Below are positions 34,235-43,852 of a DNA stretch of 64,000 bases, in pieces. A model generated the notes under the pieces. It was given only the letters and a program-made list of their open reading frames with translations. It was not told the DNA's origin and did no database searches. This DNA is from a virus. Position 1 is the stretch's first letter; each line of letters begins with the position of its first letter. The DNA lies in the IMG/VR virus record IMGVR_UViG_3300011258_001374, positions 1 through 64,000 of that record, one strand, 5' to 3'. Made by a program: the position numbers and the translations under genes.

Positions 34235-35026
34235 ATGAGCTTCGCGTTTGGAGAGGTCCGTTCGTTGCGCGTCCCACAACTGGGGGTCGAGATTGTGGAC
34301 CTGCGTTCGCTATCCAACGACGAGAGTTCTGCAGCCCGGGGGATGTGGCACACGGAAATGCAGACGCTTCTTCGGTCGGACACCGATTTTCCGTTCAAGG
34401 AAACCTGCATCAACGTGGATGCCTGCCTGGGCGCGCTTAACAACGCGTACGTCGATCATGCTGAGGCCGAACGTCGCGCTGACCGAGAGCCACTGACGTA
34501 CGAAGAGTTCAGTCGTTTGAATTTCGACACGTACCTGCCTGATTTTATTTCGAAGCCGCACCTGGACATGCACTGGTTTGGAATCCGTGCGAATGCGCAA
34601 GGAGCGATCACGGGCGCGGTGTGTATTTCCAATGTTGAGGTACTCAAGACCAATCCTCAAATTCTCACGTTGTCGGGCTGGCCGGTGGTCGTTCACCCTG
34701 CGATTCAGAATAATGCAGTTGCGGTTGTCGCGGGAATCGTCGCGCGAACGCTGATGGACAACAACTTGGTGACCGTTGATCGTGACGAACCTAACGTTGA
34801 CTTCGTTCAGTGGGATCTTCCTACACATCCTGATTCTCGGTACGAAACGCGCGGTGGAAACACATACGGGCGCGATGTGTTCGAAGAGATGGCGGATGGG
34901 GTCAAGGTCAAGTTCGCTGATCAGTCGCGGGGCAACGCGCCCTCAAAGATCAAGCGTGAGCTGGACCCGTCGGACAACGCTTCTGAATTCCCCGACTATC
35001 GTCGACCGACTCGCGGACGCGGCTGA
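34235..35026 (+). CDS. hypothetical protein
   Basis: 263 aa ORF. Confidence 0.35.
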   Translation: MSFAFGEVRSLRVPQLGVEIVDLRSLSNDESSAARGMWHTEMQTLLRSDTDFPFKETCINVDACLGALNNAYVDHAEAERRADREPLTYEEFSRLNFDTYLPDFISKPHLDMHWFGIRANAQGAITGAVCISNVEVLKTNPQILTLSGWPVVVHPAIQNNAVAVVAGIVARTLMDNNLVTVDRDEPNVDFVQWDLPTHPDSRYETRGGNTYGRDVFEEMADGVKVKFADQSRGNAPSKIKRELDPSDNASEFPDYRRPTRGRG

Positions 35027-35029
35027 TCC

Positions 35030-36394
35030 ATGGCGTCGATCAGCGTAAATCCATCCCCCACCTCTGGGGCGGATGTCCATAAGTCGTACGACACCAGTAC
35101 GTTCGTAGATCTAGGCACGCTCATCTTGGGTAGTACGGCCAAGGGCGCAACTGATCAGACAGTCTGGCTTATGTTTGAGCCTAACATTCCAGACGGTTCC
35201 ACCTTTGTTTCTGTGGAATTGGATTTGTTTCAGGTTTCTATTACCGGGTCCGCGTTGATTCCGTTAGACATTAGCGTCGGCTGGCTAGCAAACGACGGAA
35301 CGTGGAACGTTCAAACCAGCAACACAGGCTGGGATGATTACGCGGGAAACGTAGATCCAGCCACAGAGCCAGCGCTACATCCTTCCCGTGACGGATCAAG
35401 CAGCAGCGATTGGGTTAACAACTTTCCATCGTTCAGCCTGCTGACCATGACCTTTGGATCTAACGCTCCGGCATCGAGTACGGCGTTCAGCTTCGGTGGC
35501 GGGGCGGGGATTAGTCCCACATTCAGCGACGCTGACTTTCTGACCGACGCACAAGACGCATTTGACGACAACGAAGTGAATCGGACTGCCCGCGGCGTAC
35601 CGATGGCGATCGTGATTGTGCCAGAGGATGCTCAAGCTCAGCAGTGGGCCATCGCGTCAAATGAAAACGCTACGGTCGCCAATCGACCTGAACTAACAAT
35701 CGTATACAACCCTCCGGCCATTGCGTCTGAGCTTAGCTCGACCACTAGCCTCGACGCTGAACCGTCCGTCACCTACGGAGCGGATTCCGAGCTGTCCGCA
35801 CAAACCACGACGGACGCTGCTGCGGAACTGAACCTGGAAGCAGATGCCGAACTGTCCGCGCAAGCCACCCTGGATGCAGATTCGGAACTGAGCGTTGAAT
35901 CAGCCTCCGAGCTGTCTGCGCAAGCTTTCCTGGATGCGGACGGCGTCGTTGTTCGAACGTCTGCCTCTGAGCTATCCGCTCAGGCTGCGATCGACGCGGA
36001 TGCGGAAATGGGACTTGTTGCGGCGTCAGAGCTGTCCGCTCAGGCGACGCTTGATGCCGATGCGGTGGTGCCCGAATCCACCGGCGTGGAGATGGTCGTC
36101 ACTACCACCATCGACGCGGCGCTCGCGATCAATGTCGTGGCGGAGGCTGAACTGTTCGCAGCCACCACGGTTGACGCATTCTTGCGCGCGAGCGAAACTG
36201 CCTCCGACCCCCAAGAGGTTTCGTACTTGGCCAGCGAATCCTCGGTCACGTACGGGGCTAGCGAGCTATCAGTAACGAGCAAGGCCACAAGCAGTGAAGT
36301 CATGCACGCAACGGACAACGTCAGCGTCACAGCAGGATCAACTAACATCGAGGTGACAAACACCGCCTCGACGATCGAAGTGGGAGCAGAGTAA
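35030..36394 (+). CDS. structural-module protein with tandem 12-13 aa repeats (SELSAQATLDADA)
   Basis: N-terminal globular domain ending NRPELTIVYNP, then at least 8 tandem copies of ELSAQA.LDADA also seen as about 39-nt DNA repeats (35760-36060). Confidence 0.5.
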   Translation: MASISVNPSPTSGADVHKSYDTSTFVDLGTLILGSTAKGATDQTVWLMFEPNIPDGSTFVSVELDLFQVSITGSALIPLDISVGWLANDGTWNVQTSNTGWDDYAGNVDPATEPALHPSRDGSSSSDWVNNFPSFSLLTMTFGSNAPASSTAFSFGGGAGISPTFSDADFLTDAQDAFDDNEVNRTARGVPMAIVIVPEDAQAQQWAIASNENATVANRPELTIVYNPPAIASELSSTTSLDAEPSVTYGADSELSAQTTTDAAAELNLEADAELSAQATLDADSELSVESASELSAQAFLDADGVVVRTSASELSAQAAIDADAEMGLVAASELSAQATLDADAVVPESTGVEMVVTTTIDAALAINVVAEAELFAATTVDAFLRASETASDPQEVSYLASESSVTYGASELSVTSKATSSEVMHATDNVSVTAGSTNIEVTNTASTIEVGAE

Positions 36395-36747
36395 TGGCCG
36401 AAGTACTCAACCGATGTGCGGCAGAGGTGAATCTCTGCCTGCAGCGCGGAGACACGCAGGCGTTCGGCTTCACGATCCTGAATCCCGACGGAACTGCGGC
36501 CACGATCGCTGGATTCAGTTACGTCTTCACCGTCAACTCGAGTCCAGCACCTGTTGGGGCTGTACCCGCACCGACCTTCTCCGTGGCCGGAGTCATCTCA
36601 GGCAACACGGTCAGCATCAATCTCAGCCCCACGGAAGCAGACCAGCTGGGCACGCTATTCTACGATCTCCAGGAAACTGATCTCAGCGGCGGCATCCGAA
36701 CCGTGGCCAAGGGCGAAGTCGAATGGCAGCAAGACATCTCGAAGTGA
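36394..36747 (+). CDS. hypothetical protein
   Basis: 117 aa; ATG overlaps upstream stop. Confidence 0.35.
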   Translation: MAEVLNRCAAEVNLCLQRGDTQAFGFTILNPDGTAATIAGFSYVFTVNSSPAPVGAVPAPTFSVAGVISGNTVSINLSPTEADQLGTLFYDLQETDLSGGIRTVAKGEVEWQQDISK

Positions 36748-36757
36748 GGAGTGACCC

Positions 36758-37372
36758 ATGGGCACCGTATCAATTAACGGAAATTCATTCGACATCTACG
36801 GAGAATTTCTGGACGACTCAGGAGCGACGATCTCGGCGTCTACCTATTTCGCCGCGTCGCTGAACGTTGCCGCATGGAATGCTGCTTCCACAACAGACAA
36901 ACAGAAGGCTCTCGTTAATGCCACACGAATTTTCGACAAGCAGCTCTGGGTCGGTACGGTCACGGACCCGACGACCCCGCAGCCACTGGCTTGGCCTCGG
37001 ACTGGAGTGCCTACTTGTGACGGTATTGTTGCTTCGCCTACTGTTATTCCGGAGCGGGTAATCTTCGGCGCCTACGAGCTGGCGTCCGCCATCCTGACTG
37101 ATGCGTTGGTTCAAACGCAGTCCAGTACCGGCTCCAACACGAAACGAGTTCTCGCGCGCAAAAAGGTCGGTGACCTGGAAGTCGAGGATGAGACCGAGTA
37201 CTTCTCTCCGACGAACGTCGGGGCTGGAGCGGCCAGTCGATTCCCGACTCAGGTGCAAGAGTACATTCGATGCTATGTTGGCGGTACAACTGCCGGAGCA
37301 ACGGTTGCAGGAAGCAAGGCGTCTATGTTCGTCAACTTTGACTTCGGGGTAAACAGCCCCGGCACTCTGTGA
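36758..37372 (+). CDS. hypothetical protein
   Basis: 204 aa. Confidence 0.35.
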   Translation: MGTVSINGNSFDIYGEFLDDSGATISASTYFAASLNVAAWNAASTTDKQKALVNATRIFDKQLWVGTVTDPTTPQPLAWPRTGVPTCDGIVASPTVIPERVIFGAYELASAILTDALVQTQSSTGSNTKRVLARKKVGDLEVEDETEYFSPTNVGAGAASRFPTQVQEYIRCYVGGTTAGATVAGSKASMFVNFDFGVNSPGTL

Positions 37373-37443
37373 GATGCCCCGCCTGGGTCCGAGCTACGGC
37401 GACGGACCTTGGCCTAACGCGTACGACCTAATAAGGCTCCTGA

Positions 37444-38421
37444 ATGGCAGCAGCGGAATTCACACCGAGCGGACTCGACGACCTGGGCCGGACGATAGCT
37501 CTGATCGACGCAGCGGACCTGAACATCCGCCGAACGTTCCTGGAACTGGTTTCTGAGGCCAAAGGCCTACAGTCGCTTGAAGAGATCGTAGATCTCGTGA
37601 ATCAAGGCCGAACGTTCGAGGCGCTCGCCCTCATCGACGACGTCGGACCTGGGCTGAACGAGGCGATCACCCTCGCCTATGCGGCTGCCGGCGCCTCCGT
37701 CGCGGAAGCGCTCCGCGCGAGCGGCGAGCTACCCCTGATTCGGTTCGACACGCTCAGCACCCGCGGGGTCAGTCAGCTCCAGGAATCGCAGGCCCGCTTG
37801 GTGCGGCAGCTGACGGCCCAGCAGTCGAGCGCGCTTCAGTTCGCCCTCCGTGACGGGATTGCCCAGGGATTGCGTCCTGACCAGATCGCGCGGTCGATTC
37901 GCGGCTCGATCGGGCTCACCGGCCTGCAGACCCAGGCGGTCGGTAACTACCGGCGGTTGCTCACGAATTTGGATGCGAACGCCCTCCGGCGGGAGCTTCG
38001 GGACCGGCGGTTCGACGGAACCGTAAGCCGTGCGATTGCAGGCGGTAACCCGCTTACGGACCAGCAAATTGAACGTATGGTCGGTCGCTACGAGCAGAAT
38101 CTGCTAGCGCATCGCGCGACGGTCATCGGCAACTCGGAGGCGCTGGCGGCGGTGAACGCCGGCGAAGCCGAGATGTGGCGACAGGCCGTCGATCGCGGAA
38201 TCAACCCCCAGACCATCGAACAGCAGTGGCACACCTTGGTCGACGGGCGTCAGCGCGACAGCCACGGATTCATGGACGGACAGATCCGCGAGTTCGGTGA
38301 ATTCTTCTTGTCGGGCAACGGGATTTCGCTCCGACATCCGGGCGACTCGAGCGCCCCCGCACGCGAAACGGCATCGTGCCGCTGCGTGGTCTCACGACGC
38401 TTCGTGGCACCGCCGCTGTAA
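37444..38421 (+). CDS. head morphogenesis protein, Mu F / SPP1 gp7 family
   Basis: RATVIGNSEALAAVNAGEAEMW...QQWHTLVDGRQRDSHGFMDGQ matches the Phage_Mu_F pattern (aRTiartE...W...D.R.R..H..mdG). Confidence 0.7.
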   Translation: MAAAEFTPSGLDDLGRTIALIDAADLNIRRTFLELVSEAKGLQSLEEIVDLVNQGRTFEALALIDDVGPGLNEAITLAYAAAGASVAEALRASGELPLIRFDTLSTRGVSQLQESQARLVRQLTAQQSSALQFALRDGIAQGLRPDQIARSIRGSIGLTGLQTQAVGNYRRLLTNLDANALRRELRDRRFDGTVSRAIAGGNPLTDQQIERMVGRYEQNLLAHRATVIGNSEALAAVNAGEAEMWRQAVDRGINPQTIEQQWHTLVDGRQRDSHGFMDGQIREFGEFFLSGNGISLRHPGDSSAPARETASCRCVVSRRFVAPPL

Positions 38422-38471
38422 AGCGGTATCTTCCTGCCTACGGACTGCTGCCGCTGTGCGCGTCCACGGAG

Positions 38472-38876
38472 ATGCAAATCTTGAGCAAATTCACGAAATG
38501 CGAGAAGATCGCGAAGGTCGACGAGGAGCTTGGGCTCGTATTCGGCTGGGGAATCATCTGCAAGATCAACGGCGAAGAGTTCTTCGACTCACAGGGAGAT
38601 CACATCCCCGAAGACTCGATGCTCGAAGCCGTCACTGATTTCGCGAAGGGCGATCGAGTTTCCGGCGACATGCACGTCTTCAAGGACGGCATTGTCGTAC
38701 ACGAGTTCCCACTAACAGACGAAATCGCCAAGGCCTTCGGCATCACGACTGATCGCACTGGTTGGATGGTCGCTGTTCAGCCGAGTCCCGAGGTGCTGCA
38801 AAAGTTCAAGTCCGGTGAGTACACCGGCTTCTCAATCGGTGGCGAGTACATCGAGAACGAACCGGTCACGGAGTAA
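38472..38876 (+). CDS. XkdF-like prohead protease
   Basis: KVDEELGLVFGWGIICKINGEEFFDSQGDHI resembles the XkdF/S78 phage protease family; position before scaffold and capsid. Confidence 0.5.
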   Translation: MQILSKFTKCEKIAKVDEELGLVFGWGIICKINGEEFFDSQGDHIPEDSMLEAVTDFAKGDRVSGDMHVFKDGIVVHEFPLTDEIAKAFGITTDRTGWMVAVQPSPEVLQKFKSGEYTGFSIGGEYIENEPVTE

Positions 38877-38879
38877 GCT

Positions 38880-40100
38880 ATGCGAAGCGCAGTCAAGCAG
38901 CGGATGAAGAAGTTCCGAATTTCTGAACTATCAGGAGTCACCAAGCCAGCGCAAGCGCCCGCCAAGGCCTTGATCATGAAGCGCGACGATGGCGCGAAGT
39001 ACGACAAGGACGGCAACAAGATCGAGAAGCTCGGGTGGATCACTGTCGCTACGTCGGCCGACGACGGGCATGCCCACACGATGGAGCTGTTCCCCGGCGA
39101 AGATCGATCTGGCCACACCGACTGGGCCGTGGGCGTTGGTGAAGACGCCGAAGAGCATCGACACGCGTGGGTGATGGACGACGAAGGTCAGATCCAGGTC
39201 ATCATGAACGCAGGACATTTGCACGCCGTTGAGCGTGATATCGTGGTCAACGCAGTGGTGGCCATGGTTCAAAAGCAAGCACCTGACGAAGAGACTCTGG
39301 AAAAGATTCAGAAGAACTTCCCCGAGGTGAATGTTATTCCAACTCAGGAGGACATCCAAATGGATGAGGAACTGAAGAAGGCCAACGCGCGCCTCGAATC
39401 GATTGTCGCACTCCCCGCCACGCAGCGAGCAGTGTTCGACAAGTTCGACAAGGTGGAAGACCAGGATGCGTTCCTGGCGAAGTCGGCTGACGAGCGTGAG
39501 CTTCTGGCGGCGCCCAAGGTCGAGAAGACCGAGGACAAGCCTGAAGTCAAGGTCGAGAAGAGTGATCCCGACGTCGTCTACACGGCAACGGACGGAACCG
39601 TCTTCACGAAGACCGACGATCCCCGGCTTGTGGCCGCGATCATCGAAAAGGACTCGAAGGACAAGGAGATCGAACTGCTCAAGGCCCAGAAGGCTGACGG
39701 CGAGTTCGAGAAGCGAGCGGAGATCGAACTGGCGAACCTGCCGGGCACGGTTGCGCAGCGCGCGGCTCTCCTCAAGTCCGTCGAGGGCATCGAGAATCCC
39801 GAGCATCGTGAAGCGGCGCTCAAGGCTCTCATCGCCGGCAACACCGCCGGTGGCGATGTCACCAAGACGCTGGGCACCCAAGAAGGCGCGAAGGTCGAGA
39901 AGACCGAAGGTCTTGCGGGTCAGATCCAGAAGTCGGATGCGGAAGTTCAGCTCGATGACTTGGCCAAGGCCGAGGCGATCAAGCTCAACCTGCATCCGGT
40001 CAAGGACTTTGCCAAGGCGTACGACATCGTGCTCAATTCGCCTGAAGGCAAGGAACTCTACAACCAGCATCGCAACGCGATGATCGCTCGAATCAGCTAA
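38880..40100 (+). CDS. putative scaffolding protein
   Basis: 406 aa, highly charged K/E-rich with helical repeats (EKTEDKPEVKVEKSD..., KALIAG); located between protease and capsid. Confidence 0.45.
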   Translation: MRSAVKQRMKKFRISELSGVTKPAQAPAKALIMKRDDGAKYDKDGNKIEKLGWITVATSADDGHAHTMELFPGEDRSGHTDWAVGVGEDAEEHRHAWVMDDEGQIQVIMNAGHLHAVERDIVVNAVVAMVQKQAPDEETLEKIQKNFPEVNVIPTQEDIQMDEELKKANARLESIVALPATQRAVFDKFDKVEDQDAFLAKSADERELLAAPKVEKTEDKPEVKVEKSDPDVVYTATDGTVFTKTDDPRLVAAIIEKDSKDKEIELLKAQKADGEFEKRAEIELANLPGTVAQRAALLKSVEGIENPEHREAALKALIAGNTAGGDVTKTLGTQEGAKVEKTEGLAGQIQKSDAEVQLDDLAKAEAIKLNLHPVKDFAKAYDIVLNSPEGKELYNQHRNAMIARIS

Positions 40101-40128
40101 GGCTGAATTCGATTGAAGGAGAATCCTC

Positions 40129-40521
40129 ATGGCAACTCATGAAGGTGTGAAGACCGTTACGCTCATCGCTGGCGCCGCTCTGACCAATGGTCAGATCGTC
40201 GAAGTGACCGGCGTTCGAACGGTCGGCCCCACCAGCGCGGTCACCGACGTCACGGTCGGTGTCGTGGCTGAGACGGTCGCGTCTGGCGGCGATGTCCCGA
40301 TTGCCCTGTTGCAGGGCGTTGTGGAAGTGATCGCTGGAACCGGTGGAGTGACCGCCGGCAACATCTGTGTTCCGGATGCGTCCGGGACCGTGACCGAGGT
40401 CGCCAACACTGGCGCTCTCGTCGCGGATCAGATGGGCATTGGTATCGCGCTCGAAACGCGCGCGGCCGGTGAAATCTTTTCCATGCTCGCGCAGCCCATC
40501 GCGGCTCCGCACAGCGCCTAA
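40129..40521 (+). CDS. head decoration protein (DUF2190-like)
   Basis: 130 aa Gly/Val/Thr/Ala-rich protein immediately upstream of the major capsid gene, as in lambda gpD/gpE arrangement. Confidence 0.45.
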   Translation: MATHEGVKTVTLIAGAALTNGQIVEVTGVRTVGPTSAVTDVTVGVVAETVASGGDVPIALLQGVVEVIAGTGGVTAGNICVPDASGTVTEVANTGALVADQMGIGIALETRAAGEIFSMLAQPIAAPHSA

Positions 40522-40533
40522 GGAGAGTGAACC

Positions 40534-41502
40534 ATGCCGTTCATTGAGCCGAGCCGTTCCGACGTTCACGTCGACGGACCCCTCACGAACATCTCGGTCG
40601 CGTTCTTGCAGGACGCCGACAACTTTGTCGCTGACAAGGTGTTCCCCAACATCCCGGTCAATCATCAGTCGGACGTGTACTACACGTATCCGAAGGGTGA
40701 GTTCAACCGAGATGACATGCAGCTCCGGGCCCCCGGAACTGAGTCGGCCGGCGCGAACTATCGCCTCAGCCACGACACCTACTCCGCGCCTGTTCGTGCT
40801 CTGCACAAGGACATCGCGGATCAGGTCCGGTCGAATTCGGACAGCCCGCTTTCGCCCGACCGTGAAGCAACCGAGTTCCTGACGGGAAAGGCTCTCATCA
40901 ACCGAGAGATCAACTTCGCGTCGAGCTACTTCCAGGCTGGTATCTGGGACACGGACGTGACGTCCGGGCTCAACTGGGACGACGCGGCTTCCACGCCGAT
41001 CGCTGATGTCCGAACGGGCGTCCGCACCGTTCTCCAGAACACCGGGTTCAAGCCGAACACGATGGTCATGGGGCGCGAGTGCTGGGACATCCTGGTGGAT
41101 CATCCCGATCTCGTCGGTCGTCTCGATCGCGGTCAGACCTCTGGTCCGGCTCGCGTTCTTCGCGACGCCATCGCGGCCCTGTTCGAAATCGATCAGGTTC
41201 TCGTGATGGAGGCGATCCAGAACACGGCAGCCAAGGGCGCGACGGACGTTCACTCGTTCATCGGGACCGGGGTTGACGCGCTCCTCGTCTACGCGGCACC
41301 GAACCCGGGACTCATGGTTCCGAGTGCGGGATACACGTTCTCCTGGAACGGGTTCCTGGGCGCCTCGCAGAACGGCATGCGGATGAAGCGATTCCGCATG
41401 GATCATCTCGAATCCGACCGAATCGAGATCGATCAGGCGTACGACCAGAAGCTGGTGGCCTCGGAACTGGGCTACTTCTTCGACGACGTCACCGCTACCT
41501 AA
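40534..41502 (+). CDS. major capsid protein (lambda gpE-like)
   Basis: 322 aa; N-terminal region FPNIPVNHQSDVYYTYPKGEF and overall length/profile resemble Phage_cap_E proteins; followed by a terminator hairpin. Confidence 0.7.
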   Translation: MPFIEPSRSDVHVDGPLTNISVAFLQDADNFVADKVFPNIPVNHQSDVYYTYPKGEFNRDDMQLRAPGTESAGANYRLSHDTYSAPVRALHKDIADQVRSNSDSPLSPDREATEFLTGKALINREINFASSYFQAGIWDTDVTSGLNWDDAASTPIADVRTGVRTVLQNTGFKPNTMVMGRECWDILVDHPDLVGRLDRGQTSGPARVLRDAIAALFEIDQVLVMEAIQNTAAKGATDVHSFIGTGVDALLVYAAPNPGLMVPSAGYTFSWNGFLGASQNGMRMKRFRMDHLESDRIEIDQAYDQKLVASELGYFFDDVTAT

Positions 41503-41526
41503 TCTAGGTTGCACAACGCTATCGCG

Positions 41527-41570
41527 GGGCCCAGCGCAGTTCGAAATGAGCTACGCTGGGCCCTTGTGAT
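41527..41570 (+). terminator. stem-loop (attenuator/terminator) after the major capsid gene
   Basis: Perfect 10 bp stem GGGCCCAGCG/CGCTGGGCCC with 17 nt loop, followed by TTGTGAT. Confidence 0.4.
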
Positions 41571-41582
41571 GGAGGAATTCTC

Positions 41583-42539
41583 GTGAGCGACGAAACTAGC
41601 AACGACCCCAAGACGGGAGCAGCGCCTCAGGCGTCCGCTCAGCTGTCTGTTGACGTGCGAACTCAGCCCCCGGTTACGGCCGAAGAGACTGAAGATGCGC
41701 CTCGAGAAAAGTTCCAGCGGGTCTCTGTGGCCCGACACTGGCGCCAACGGTTCATTGGACTGGAAGGCAACTACGTTTATCGGAAGCCGCTGAACATTCG
41801 CGGAACCGATGGCAAGATGCGACGCGTTCGCCCGGGTGAGCCTGTCGATGTCGATGCGGACGGGCTCGTCTCTCGTCGGCTCAAGGCGCTCTGGTACGCG
41901 GAGGCGATCGAACTCGCTGACCCGACCCAGCAGAACCGACGGCGCAAGGTGGTCGTGCGCGACAACCGCGCGGCGCGCGAGTCCGCGGCGGCCCGCGAGC
42001 TGAAGGACAAGCGGGATCGGGACAGCTACCGCCAGACCCGAAAGCGACAGCGCGAACGTGAGCGCGAGGAAGAACGACAGCGGAAGCTGGCTGAAGACGC
42101 GATCCTGGCCGCGGAAGAACGCGAGCGACAGGCTCTTATCGACGAGCAGCTGGCTGAGCAGCGCGCAGAGGTTCAGGCCGCTCTCGCGAAGGAACTCGAG
42201 GAGCAGGAAGAGCTTGCCGAACTCGAACGCGAGGAAGCGGCTGAGAAGGCCGCTGCGGACGAAGAGGAACGCAAGGTCGTTGAGGCCGAGCGTCTCGCTC
42301 TGGAGCAAGAACGTATCGTCGAGCAGAAGCGTCTCACGATCGAACGCCAACAGGGTCAGGCGGAGCGCGCCGCGGCCCGCGAGGCTGAACTCGAAGCGAC
42401 TCGTCGAAGCGAAGAGGAGCGTGAAGCTCTGGCCGCCGAACGAGGCGAGACCAAGAAGAACCCGAACAACAAATCGGTGAACGCCAAGGAGGCCCGAAAG
42501 GTTCTCGGCAAACGACCCAACGACGCCCCCGAGGAGTAA
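41583..42539 (+). CDS. E/R-rich charged coiled-coil protein
   Basis: 318 aa; about 170 aa of ER/EE/RE repeats (RERERERE EERQRKLAEDAILAAEERERQ...). Confidence 0.5.
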   Translation: MSDETSNDPKTGAAPQASAQLSVDVRTQPPVTAEETEDAPREKFQRVSVARHWRQRFIGLEGNYVYRKPLNIRGTDGKMRRVRPGEPVDVDADGLVSRRLKALWYAEAIELADPTQQNRRRKVVVRDNRAARESAAARELKDKRDRDSYRQTRKRQREREREEERQRKLAEDAILAAEERERQALIDEQLAEQRAEVQAALAKELEEQEELAELEREEAAEKAAADEEERKVVEAERLALEQERIVEQKRLTIERQQGQAERAAAREAELEATRRSEEEREALAAERGETKKNPNNKSVNAKEARKVLGKRPNDAPEE

Positions 42540-42542
42540 GAC

Positions 42543-42803
42543 ATGCTCGGAGGTGGTCCCTGGACCAAGCAAATCGCCCTGCCAAACGACTTCACCGTCG
42601 TTTCGGCGGGCGTTCCTGTTGGCACGGTCGTGCTCAGCGACGAGTGCCGCGGGCTTCTGGTCGGAACGGCCGGTTCGCTGAACGTCGTGATGAAGGGTGG
42701 CGTTGTTCGAACTGGCGTGCCCTTCCAGGCTGGAATTAATCCTGGCTGCTTCGTTGAAGTTCGAGCAGGTGGAACGGCGGAGAATATCTGGGAGGTGGTC
42801 TGA
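42543..42803 (+). CDS. hypothetical protein
   Basis: 86 aa; ATG 3 nt after upstream stop. Confidence 0.35.
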   Translation: MLGGGPWTKQIALPNDFTVVSAGVPVGTVVLSDECRGLLVGTAGSLNVVMKGGVVRTGVPFQAGINPGCFVEVRAGGTAENIWEVV

Positions 42804-42994
42804 TGCTGGGCCTTCGAATCACACCCTTCGGTCAAGGCCTAACGGATCTCCGAGGTACGGGCATTAACGTCGTGATTGATCCAGACGAAGACATCCGAAA
42901 TCAGATTTTGATGACGATCACGTACACTACTCATTCCGCGAACGCATTCCCCCTTCTGCTCCCGCCACCGAGCTTTTAGACAAGAGGTCATCAC

Positions 42995-43852
42995 ATGAGC
43001 TGTAATGACATTCGCTTCCCCGCTTCCGCGGGCCTCGGAGCGCGCGGCGCGTACACGATCTTCTTCGACATTCTGCAGTTCCGGGGTACCGCCAACCGTT
43101 TGTTCACGGTGGCGGAGATCACTGCGGGCTTAGACACGACGCTGTACGAGACAGAGGCTGCGGCTACGGGCGGAGGCGATCCTACATCCGTAGGCGTACC
43201 TAACTTTCGGATGATCGACGACGGGTCGAATTTTCTGAAGTTGGCTTATTGGGATCATCTAACCGGAGCTGGTGGGACCTGGAGCGTTACGTCTCCGCCT
43301 TACGATTTCCCGTCGGCCTTTACGACTGACGGTTACAATACCGATATCACGGATGATGGAAATCATTCCGCGAACGTTCCGTTCAACACCTTCTCCGCAT
43401 CCAACATCTATCAGGTTCTTCAGGATTGCCAGATCATCGGGTTTGCTGGACAAAAGGAAGTCACCGGCATCGGGAACGCCTGGGCCTATGCCGTTTGGCG
43501 AAGTGTGAATCCGGGAGCGCCCGCTCAGCCGCCGATTGCTAGTTTCACCACTCTGCTGGCAGTTGGAACGCTGGTTCAAAGCACAGTTGGGGGATGGGAT
43601 GAAGCCCCAGCTATCTCCCCCGCTGTTCCCCTGCGAAAGGGCGATTGGTTCGGGGTCAACACGAGTGCAGTGAATGGAGCCAGTACGGCAAGCACAGCCT
43701 CGTTGGCCGCGACGGACAATAACGACCTGATCCGAATTCACAGCCACGGAATCGAGTTCGGGCGTGCAGGTGGCATCGTAGTGCCGTCTGACTTCGGCCA
43801 CTCAGCCGCGTCCACATCCATGGGCATTTCAATTGAAGTAGAGGCCATTTGA
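42995..43852 (+). CDS. hypothetical virion-module protein
   Basis: 285 aa Gly/Thr/Ser-rich; stop overlaps next ATG. Confidence 0.4.
   Translation: MSCNDIRFPASAGLGARGAYTIFFDILQFRGTANRLFTVAEITAGLDTTLYETEAAATGGGDPTSVGVPNFRMIDDGSNFLKLAYWDHLTGAGGTWSVTSPPYDFPSAFTTDGYNTDITDDGNHSANVPFNTFSASNIYQVLQDCQIIGFAGQKEVTGIGNAWAYAVWRSVNPGAPAQPPIASFTTLLAVGTLVQSTVGGWDEAPAISPAVPLRKGDWFGVNTSAVNGASTASTASLAATDNNDLIRIHSHGIEFGRAGGIVVPSDFGHSAASTSMGISIEVEAI

Noticed and set aside
38931-42572. Minus-strand ORFs of 399, 473 and 357 aa
   Set aside because: Antisense to the scaffold, major capsid and E/R-rich protein genes; the latter mirrors the low-complexity repeat (L/S/R-rich).
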